The notes below the pieces were generated by a model. That model was not told the DNA's origin. It did no database searches and saw only the letters and a program-made list of their open reading frames with translations. DNA of 64,000 bases from Haliotis rufescens (lineage: Eukaryota): assembly GCF_023055435.1 (NCBI RefSeq), contig NW_025964383.1:12834001-12898000 (forward strand). Direction: 5' to 3'. Both the position numbers and the translations under genes were made by a program. Below are positions 54,078 to 64,000 of this stretch, piece after piece; positions within the stretch are counted from its first letter, which is position 1, and every line of letters begins with the position of its first letter.

Positions 54078-54328
54078 TGCTCAATGTTATAAGAGGGAAA
54101 TCAATAGAGGACTCTTGTCTTGTCTTGTCAGATCTAGAATGTGTTACTCATCAAGTGACTGGTATTTTCACGAGTGGAGCACCCACAAGTTAACACTTAA
54201 CTTTGCAGATAAGATAAACATTGTGTTTGACTAGAAAATGTAAAATGTTTCGCTTATTATGAAAGTCGTTCGGGCATTAAGCGCCATTTCTACATGTTAT
54301 TTTACTTGAGTGAAATATCGATTATATA

Positions 54329-55714
54329 TACTCTTAAAAAAAGAAACGTTAAGTCAGTTTTGTGTAAGGTAGGAAAATACATTTACACGAGGAACTGTAC
54401 AAGGTATGGAGCCAAAATGTTTTGGGGAGAACACTTGGTGATAGTACTCATCTCAGTTATCGGTACATAGGAAAAGTCCAAGGTGAAGGTCCGTTCGAAT
54501 CGATAGCGGCCTGACATCTCCTGCCCATGGAAGACACGATTATGCGAATCACATCCTGGGGTATGATAGCCCACTCGACCTGCAACACGAAAGTCAACAG
54601 CTGCAAAGTCTGGGGTTGTGGTTGACGTCTGCGTAGCCGTCTATCCAATTCATCCCACAGGTGCACTATCGGGTTCATATCCGGGAATCTGGAGGGTCAG
54701 GGGAGAACATCAACGTTGTTGTTGTAAAGACAGGCTCTTGTGATCCGTGCTGTATATGGCCGAGCGTTGTCCTGCTGGAATGCACCGTTACCGTTGGCTG
54801 CAATTGGGAGGACGTGTGGTAGGAGAATTTCGTTAATGTATCGTTGAACCGTAAGACTGCCCTAGATGTCAACCAACCCTGTCCTGCCATTATGAGAGAT
54901 AGCCGCCCACATCATAACGCTACCCCCACCAAACCTGTCCACTTCCTGTACGCGTAACGTTCTCCACGACGTCTGTAGACCTGTGCTCTTTCATTCCCTC
55001 GACGGTGGAGAAATCTTGATCTCGATGTTGTCGACTCAATATGAGGCATCGAACAGGACGTTTTGCTCGTAGACCTGCTGCTCTTAAACGGTGTCGTACG
55101 GTCTGGTCGGAGATTCTGCGCAGTCAGGGTATTTGGGATGCGGTTAAGGTGTCTGTGGTCGTGCTTTCACGTAGATGGCGCACTCGGATGTAGCGATCTT
55201 GGGCGGGGGTGGTTACTCTTGGTCATCCCGACCTTGGCCGATCACGTGTTGACCCGTGCTGTTGAAACTGATCCAATAGCCTTGTGATGGTGCTGGGTGC
55301 TATATTGAAAACCCTGGCTACAGCTAATCGGGATTCCCCTGCCTGCAAGCGTCCTTTGACGCTGTTTCGTTTCACTTCTGTTAATCTTGGCGTGTTGTTG
55401 AACTGTCACTGTTCGACTGACACAGATGCCAGGCAATCAAAAACACTGCACTTTACTACCGTTTATGGTGTTGCTGCAGGTTTAGTACGTGCAACTCCAT
55501 GGTACTTTTGTTAATGTACTGGGTGCGTTTTTTTCCGAATCGTACTTGTTTCCCGACGTATTGTTTTCATGTCCTTGTTGTGATCATTTTGATCACGGAA
55601 ATGTGTCACTGTCACTAAAACACATAAAACCACTTCGTTTTGCACCTCTTGGTCCGCTGATTTTTCTTTTATTGCCAAAATAAATTGTATCGCATTTCTT
55701 TTTTTTGAAGAGTA
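54329..55714 (-). mobile_element. Tc1/mariner element, copy 2
   Basis: Paralog of 29465-30839 with TIRs. Confidence 0.85.
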
Positions 55715-55989
55715 TATTTGGGGATGCTGACAGTATTTCATCACTAAATGCATTTATCAATTTATCAAAGTCAGCATATAACGAATATACCGCTAGGTTA
55801 TGTTTTAGCCTAAGCATCTACTCATCAACTTTTGATCTGTGAAGATTCGGGTTGAAATAGATCAGCAAGTCAAACTAAGGAATTGCATCCGACACAACTT
55901 TTGTCACGGATGCGTCAAATTTGGAAATGTCCACCACATGTCTTCCACAAAAAGTTTTGAAGGTTTTATTGTGTGTTGTAACCATGATA

Positions 55990-56172
55990 GTGAGTGAGTG
56001 AGTGAGTGAGTGAGTATGGTTTACGCCGCCTTGAGCAATATTCCAGCAATATCACGGCGGGGGACACCAATATCACGGTGGGCTTCACACATTGTGCCCA
56101 TGTCGGGAATCGAACTCGGGTCTTCGGCGTGACGAGCGAACGCTTTAACCACTAGGCTACCCGACCGCCCCC
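55990..56172 (-). mobile_element. SINE family A (partial further copy at 61646-61735)
   Basis: (gtga)n tail, A/B boxes. Confidence 0.9.
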
Positions 56173-56853
56173 TATGATCTTGATCAAACATCTTCTGAGC
56201 AAGAGTCGCTCTTTGAAGTCATGGTAGCAAGAACATGCTCGATTGTACTTCAAAAGTTATGGAATGTAAACGCTATCGTTGATATCCTGTGTCTTGTGGA
56301 CAGTGTTTTGACCTCTGAAGCTTTATGCATGGATCTAAATATGAAACAGATGAAGTGGTCTCACTGGTCTCCTTTATTTCTAGTCCAGGTGGGTAAATCA
56401 GTGGAAGAAATCGTTCATTTGAACGATATCAGATCATCGATATACCTGAAGCTTAAAGGGGCACTGATCTGAAGCAACTCCGCGGGACTGGTTGTTGCCT
56501 TTGTTATTGTCTTTTCCCCGTAAATACCCGGATGATATAGCAAATCTAGACTAGTTCGCGACCTGTGCTGCGCCATTCGTAAGCGCATTTGACACCTTTA
56601 TTGATAGTATAAGGATGTATTGTCACATTGGTCAACAAAAGGAAATACAGTTTTGGAAATAATAAGGAAATGTAGGTATCTTTGTGGGTAGCATCGGTAA
56701 TTGTGACGAAGTTTTGATAAGTCACTTGCTTGGTAATTTTGCGATTTTCGTTTACACTAGTTTAACTTGCAACACAAAGTAAATATTTCACCTTAGCATT
56801 GCTCACTTTATCGTGTGTATATTTTTACAGTCAAAATGTGTAACATTTTCACT

Positions 56854-57158
56854 TAGAAAATTTATTTAACGCCTGGATATTTATTTTACAAATTGCCTGA
56901 GAAAAAATTCCATTTGTATCATTATGATAACGAATTCCTAACATTTTTATGATTAATATCATCACCAAGTGACTGAAAATGTAAGGATTAAAAGTACTTT
57001 TCTAAATTGTTTGGCTTCTAATCCTAGCATAATTAATCTATTGTGATCTTTAAAGCCCCTTTGAACGTCTTAATCATTTTAAGTCAATCTTTTAAATAAA
57101 TGGACAGATTTTTCAGGCAATTTGTAAAATAATATCCAGGCGTTAAATAAATTTTCTA
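56854..57158. repeat. Inverted repeat / MITE-like, arms ~50-60 bp (more decayed at 32020-32295)
   Basis: tagaaaatttatttaacgcctggatatt..acaaattgcctga and its reverse complement. Confidence 0.7.
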
Positions 57159-59004
57159 TTTGGACATTTTATAAATTGCCTGAGTGAATCTCATTTTACA
57201 CATTGACTGTAATATATACAGACTTGTGAAAACAACGTCTGTCGCGCATCGAAGAACTTCCCAACCAAGACGTAGAGGAACAAGAATGATTCTGTTCAAT
57301 GCTGCAGCAAATGAATGAAAACAAAATGCAAATATCATAATTACAACCTACCAAAGTTATATGTATAATTTTAGGCAGCTACCTTGTTCGAGGAATGTAC
57401 CCGTGAATATCCACATAACGGAACAATATCCCATACATCTTCAGCCGTACAAAGAAACATTTTCGATGTCACGTGTCTCTGGAACAATCGAATATTTTAA
57501 AATATGTATAGCGTTTCGGGATATTATAACCCGTGTTCGTTTCTCAACTGACCACTTGTTTTTTTTCAGTTGTTTCACATAGGTTTCAAGTCCCAAAGGT
57601 CAGCTGAGAAGCCCACATGACAACTATTTTCATAATATCCACGGTTCTTAAAAAATCCCTTGAGTTAGATAACAATGAGCGATCAATCAACGTATTATCG
57701 GTTAACCTTTGAACATAGTATGTTGTTTTTACATCGGCATATCACGCCATGATATGAGTGTATTCCTTTTGCTTTAGTAAACCTGGACAATTAAAAACTT
57801 ACTTTTGACATATCCACTGTGCAAGATAACAGCGATTAATCAATCAACGTATTTTCTGTTGATTCTTTGATGGCTAGGAATGATCCGTTGATTTACATTC
57901 AATTCATCTCTTGCTTGGCTGCCACGTGCATATTACAAAACACACATTTCACCTCACTTCAAACCTGAATTTAGATAATGAATAACTACCCCAGACACAA
58001 GAAATGCAAAATAGGATTATTGACCCGCTAATCTGAGCGGTGCTACCACTAGTTATACCTGTAATAAATTCATTAACTGAGCATCAAGTGAATGACTAAC
58101 AAATACACAAGTGTAGGGTTATATCAGAAAACATGGCTGACAACAAGGGAGTAGCAATCGTATCAGCCACGCAATCCGTAATCCGAACATGCTTTCACTG
58201 CAGGTTTAAGTTAAACGTCTCAGTCAGATTACCTTGTTTTGCCTTTGCCAAACCGAGCAGATATTCCGATTCATATGCATAAAGCAACAGATCAGCAAGA
58301 AGCGGAACACAATAGGTCACCATAGGGATGCCTACTTCTTGCCTAAATGTCTCACCCCTACATTTTACAGAGAAATTATCAAAGAGGAAGTCTAGCATTT
58401 CACAAATGTTTTTCTCAGTAAACTTCAGATGTTATTTACTTTCAATTTGACAAATTACCCTGAACCTGAAGATAGATATGTGACTGTATCTCTGGTCACT
58501 GCGTTTTGCAACAAAAGCCCCATGGGTCACGGAATCAGGTTTTTCCTTAAGTTTGTTATGTGGGATAGAGGTGAAGAAATTACTTTAACAGAATTGAAGC
58601 AAATCCTTTGAGGTTTCGAAAATACACATGGTATTGTTTGTTCGTTGTCTAACGCCTCACTCAGCAACATTCCAGCTATATGACGGCGGTCTGTAAATAA
58701 TCGCGTCTGGACCACAAAATCAGACAAGTTACCTCCACTCGACTCATGATTTGATTGGTGTGATTACACATTAATACAAGTCCATGCCGTGATGTATTCC
58801 AAGCACATGCTCTCTGCAAATATTAGTGCATGCGCATGACATGGGACAGCGTTTTGTGACATGAATGAGAATCGACCTTTAGCTAGGAAACGCAGTACTG
58901 TTTTATCGAATATATAATATGCAAATGGCATTTTCCTTAAGTGGGTAGGGCGGGGGCGTTGGTATGATTATCATTTTCCATTTCGATTGTTCTTGCTTTT
59001 GACT

Positions 59005-59255
59005 GTTTGTTTGTTCGTTTGATTGTTTTTAACGCTGCACTCAGCGATGACGGTAGTATGACGGCGGTCTGTAAATAATCGAGTCTGGACCAGACAATTC
59101 AATGACTGATATCACGAGCATTGATCCAAGCAATTGGGATACGAAGACGTGCATCAACCAAGTCAACGAACCTGACCACTCGATCCCGTTCGTCGCCTCT
59201 TACGACAAGCACAGTGGCCTTTTACGGCAAGTATGGGTTGCTGAAGACCTAATTC
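59005..59255 (-). mobile_element. SINE family C (partial copy at 58635-58715)
   Basis: Tail, core and head motifs. Confidence 0.8.
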
Positions 59256-60344
59256 TTTTTACTGAAATATATCAGAGTGAACACTCAGGCTGTAGCTATC
59301 TTTGCATGTGTTTGTGACGGATGCCAATGGAGCGTGATACGCTCATCTTTTTGCGAGCACCTGGTATCATAACAGTTTGATAGTGATTAATACGTATGTA
59401 CTAATCAAATATTCGGAATCGAACAATGGAATCTGCGTTAACAGATGTTTCTCTGATCATGAGAAGGGTTTTCTGGCTTTTGTTCAAACGTATTGTGACC
59501 AAGAAAATTGGGCAAAATGTTATAACGATACATGAGATATGAATGGAATTGGGTATCTTCAGAAATTATATAAACTGTGAAATATAACAAACCAAGGGAA
59601 AACGCCCCAATACCTTAAAAATGCTGAGGGTCAAACTGATAACGCGATTCGGATAGTTCACGGCCAGTGTGGCCTGTAATACTGGTCAGGGTTATGCAAA
59701 CAAATTTAAGACTTAACCCCTTATCAGCCTAAACTAATAATCACATGTACCACGCCTACACGCATATATTGGTCAGGTTTGCTTCTTCAAACTAAACCGA
59801 ACCCGTAAACACTTTTATCAAGAGTGGCTCGGTCAAGTTCAGTTATGCAATTCTGTCGAGATAAGTGTTACCAAAGTAACATCATTGACAACTTAATCAG
59901 AAAATGAGACCATCCGCGATAGCTCAGTCACACATAACTCTGTGGCTATTGTATAAACTATTATTCACACAAGTAAGCAGCGTTCACTATCTTTATGTAG
60001 AAAGTCCTGACGGTACACTGAACAGTTCGGCAATGTGGCTACAACCAGATACTATACGGTAAGATCTTGATGCATTTTTAACTTTTTAAATTTCATGCTT
60101 CACATATACTACAATTGTGTGAATGTCTACTTTTGTGAATGTGCCGCATTCAGATAGAGACTATAGGATGAATTGTATGAGTACTATTTAATCATTCGTA
60201 AGCTGCATGCACATTGTGATTCTGCTGTGTGCAAATCAATCTGCATCAGTCATTGTGAATCCTTTTATATATTTGTTAATTCTTTGTATATCTGTTTATA
60301 TATAATTGATTGTAATCATTATCAATCTCATTAACATCAGGTTT

Positions 60345-61001
60345 TAGTTTTCGCTACCGCTAAGCAATCATTTAAGAACATCCCATTACGTTAGAACGAC
60401 CTTTCATCCGACCAATCAGAGCGTCACTTACCAAATGAGGAACCCCGAAAAGTTTAACACGTGGTATTCCGAACGACAGTTACGTGCTGTACGACTGATT
60501 CCGTCAAACTCATCGTCTTGCTCTCGCTTCAATGGGATAAACATTTGAACGGAAGAGACTTTGCACAGCCATGTGGAGGTACAGCCATACAATCTCCGCT
60601 ATCTGTTATACATTCCAGAACGTTCTTTAGATCTGTTTTAAAAGCTTGAACATTCAAGAACGTTTTTTAGATCTGTTTTAAAAGCTTGAACATTCCAGAA
60701 CGTTCTTTAGATCTGTTTTAAAATCTTGAACGTTCCAGAACGTTCTTTAGATCTGTTTTAAAATCCTGAAGGTTCCAGAACGTTCTTTAGATCTGTTTTC
60801 AAATCTTGAATCGAGAACTTTGTCAAAGTTTCTTTTTTCAAAGAGTAGTCTTGAATGGAAGTGGCCAAGAGAAAATTGGTTTCTGATTGGCTAATGTTGA
60901 CTTCTTGTCATTCATTGGTCGGTCATAGTTCGCAAAAAGTCGTTCTGACGAGACCTGCAACGGAATGTCCTTACACTTTTGTTTAGCGGCAGCGAGAGCT
61001 A
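60345..61001. mobile_element. Non-autonomous TIR element (TAG...CTA termini, Academ-like)
   Basis: Left tagttttcgctaccgctaagcaa..ttagaacgac..ccgaccaat versus rev-comp of right tagctctcgctgccgctaaacaa..tcagaacgac..ccgaccaat; no clear TSD. Confidence 0.65.
60611..60810. promoter_or_regulatory. 5 x 40-bp tandem repeat, each unit carrying a heat-shock element (GAAnnTTCnnGAAnnTTC)
   Basis: Perfect 4-pentamer HSEs at 60688-60705, 60728-60745, 60768-60785; 3-pentamer HSEs at 60613 and 60648. Confidence 0.7.
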
Positions 61002-62950
61002 AGATCTTTTTCTAAAGAGATTGTAATTATTCTGTAATCGACTATAAATTGTAGTTGATTCTGTGCCTGACTAATAAACTCCAGTATATTAACCCAGGGC
61101 TTGTGCCAGTGTGCTGGTTGGTCGTGCACAGTGGCACTTCTGATATTGCTAGTGGCTAATATCATCATCCAACAATTAACCACGTTTTTCCTGCATTGTC
61201 ATCAATGTTCAATTCAATTCAATTCTGTGTTGTATGGAAGGCCACAGGCTCATATACAACGGAGTTAAATGATACATTTTATACATATCACATCCAGAAC
61301 GACTATGTACATTCCAGGAAGTAGTGTCTCATTCAGTACAAACTTGCATTAATACTTATCTGATTTTGTCTCGTCCTTGTTTAACATGATTACCCTCTGT
61401 GTGAAATAAAACTTTTTGTCTACCATATGAGTACACTATTATACAAATAGACATGTAGATAACTCGGGATGTAACTATATATAGTGGGATGTTCACCTCC
61501 AATAAGACAGCATACACTATGAAAATATTCAAAATTAATATTATTGTTAACATATTCAACTGCAAATTATCGATAATAATAACGGTTATCTCAATATCAT
61601 AATCATGACGTACATATGTACAATTATAGAAATTAAAATGCTTTAGTGAGTGAGTATGGTTTTACGCCACTTTCATCAATATCACGGCGGGGGGCACCAG
61701 AAATGGGCTTCACACATTGTACCCATGTCGGGAATTAAAATGCTTTAGAAAGTTCGGGTGATATATTCAGTCACGAGTATCAGGTAATTCATGAGCATGG
61801 AATCAGCGAGTGTGATTTAACATGCAATAATGGCGGGTGTTGAGATGTAAAACAACAGAATATTACTAGTTGAGTATGAACTGTGTTATGCTGTTTTTAA
61901 ATGTATATAATATCGGTAATTCCTCGTTAGTGATTCTTTGCAATTCCCACAACAATATTCTATGTCATCTGATCGGCACGTTAGCGACCGCTATAGCAGG
62001 TTAATGCATTCAAATATGCAAATATTTCATTCAAATCACTATGACGAGACAGAAGCGTTAATTCCCGAGGCACAGATGTGTGGCACCGGTCATAAGAAAC
62101 ACTCATTTGGACAGAGGTAGTATGCGTCTGTTTCTGTCGTATGATTCAACTAAATCTTTACCGTTGTGGTTTCTTATAATTAACATATTGTAAATGTTTC
62201 TTCTGATATTGAAATATGTTTACGCTCATAAAGATACACATTTCATTTAAATCTTCAAGACTGTGGTTTATTTGGTTATTCCAAAATATGCATTTTTCCT
62301 GCGGGCACATCCGATGGCTGTTTCAAAATATGCATTTGTCCCTTCTGTCCAAAGGGGTTTAATATTTCTTTGGTTCTATAATGCATACTTTTTATGTGTT
62401 TTTATATTTAGTTTATTTCTTGCATAACATAATCGGATAATGATTTGTATTTTCAACTTTTAAGACCGTGATTTTTTGGTTATTCCTTAACATGCATTTC
62501 TCCTTCTGTCATGAGGGATATGATATTTTGGGGTTCAATACTTAAAAATAATTTTTCTTTTTTTTTCTTTGACATTGAAAACAATTTTACATAAAATTAA
62601 CTCGATTGCATTTGAAGCTATTTTATTATTTTCATTGAAGACAAAATTATTATTTCTTTAGGAAATGCATTTTCTGAAGGATTTAATTGTTACATCATCA
62701 AGGGTATACAAGACAATCATCCATTTAGCTTCTGTTGCTGCATATGTTGATAAATAATTCAGTCCCGTGCATTTGGGGGAATGTTTAAAACGTAACATAG
62801 TCCGGAGAGACATACAATATTCTCCGATTACTAACGAAAGCTATGTGTAATGATCAGTAGCTATTGAAGCTAGGTCTCGACGTTATTGCAGCGACATTGA
62901 CTGTGTTTAGGTTTGTAAAACATAACGTTCAGATGACTTCATTTACACCT

Positions 62951-63163
62951 GGCGACTAACGGGATCGGGTGGTCAGGCTCGCTGACTGGGTTGATGCATG
63001 TCATTGATCATAATTCCGTAGATCGATGATATCAATCACAGGATTGTCTGGTCCAGAGCCTGACCAACCAATCCCATTGGTCGCCTCTTACGACAAGGAT
63101 AGACGCCTTTTACGGCAAGCAATGGTTGCTGAAGAACTATTCTACACCGGGCCGTCACGGGTC
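62951..63163. mobile_element. Two SINE family C pieces fused in opposite orientation
   Basis: 62951-63057 (+) and 63057-63163 (-). Confidence 0.75.
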
Positions 63164-64000
63164 GACGAATGTGTAACGGATACTGATTTTACTGTTACAA
63201 TCTATAACATTTAGTTTGCTATTTGTAGGACGTTCTGCTTTACTCCAAGCTCCGACACCAGTGTGACAAAGTTGCGATTACACGCCAGATGATAGGGCCG
63301 ACAACCGTGCTTCTACATGGTCCATTACAATTAGTTGTGACGGCAACTGCTTTAAACATGGAGCGTGCAGTGCAGACACTGTCCGCCATGATTTGATAAT
63401 ACTGTATGAGATTTTGATGGACTGTTTTAAAATCGACATCCACCCAATAATTAAAACTGACCATATTTTTGGAAATATTAATCTTGTTTATTTAGCATCA
63501 TTACTTATCCTGAATGTTACCAAAATTATTTTCAATTGCCATTTGGTGCAGAACTGAGGTTGGCGTGTTTAGCTTCCTGTACTCCGCTTTAAGGCCCGAC
63601 AATGCATGTCTAGTTATTTAAAAGACGAATATACTGTTGCTTTGGATGTCATCTAATTTAAGAATACTTATCCATACTCAACCATACTCACCTAAATTCT
63701 CCATAGTTTATAGAAAACGATGTATGATGTAGGTAAAGGTACATTGTATACACGTATGCTTATATATTTGTGTTTTAAACCCAACAGAATGTTTCCCAAT
63801 GCCCAGTCCATCTTGAGAGTGACAAGGGCATCTTATGCAACGTAGCACAGAGGAACGACATCGTGCAGAGATGGCAAGAGTATTCTCAACACATTGAAGT
63901 CCACACCGATGGTATCAAATCTACAGATTGCCTTCTTACCTAAGCATCCAAAGACCTTTCCATATACTTCAAGAATTTTCGAAAACCCCAAGACATTCCT

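Larger units (their letters stand above)
36365..58320. repeat. Segmental duplication copy 2 (~22 kb)
   Basis: Collinear with 12340-33445. Confidence 0.9.
55875..58610 (-). mobile_element. Fragmented Penelope-like (Naiad-type) RT, copy 2
   Basis: MLDFLFDNFSV..FRQEVGIPMVTYCVPLLADLLLYAYE (58398-58195); FRYIDDLIS (56450-56424). Confidence 0.8.

Noticed and set aside
63850-64000. LINE RNase H relic (HTDG..K); similar hint at 8560-8720
   Set aside because: Too degraded to support

Overview
Eukaryotic, intron-containing and repeat-rich DNA, most likely molluscan (abalone-like SINE repertoire; inference). Main content: (1) the 3' exons of a + strand gene whose large exon (799-1364) resembles the Schlafen SWADL/linker domain and is followed by a coiled coil rather than a helicase; (2) a ~21-22 kb tandem segmental duplication (~12.3-33.45 kb and ~36.4-58.3 kb, offset ~25 kb). 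Each copy carries an intact TRIM gene with six coding exons (RING, B-box1, B-box2, coiled coil, SPRY/B30.2-like; 664 and 666 aa as spliced by hand). The two SPRY exons differ mainly by nonsynonymous changes, and the last codons and stop of each gene form the first unit of a ~2 kb palindromic 32-bp minisatellite; (3) many transposon relics (R4/Dong-like RLE retrotransposon, a MULE with TIRs and TSD, Tc1/mariner copies, Penelope-like RT and GIY-YIG fragments, a LINE 5' half, four SINE families); (4) a MITE-like element at 60.3-61.0 kb carrying five tandem heat-shock elements. One 130-N assembly gap at 31094-31223. All assignments are by eye; no searches were run.
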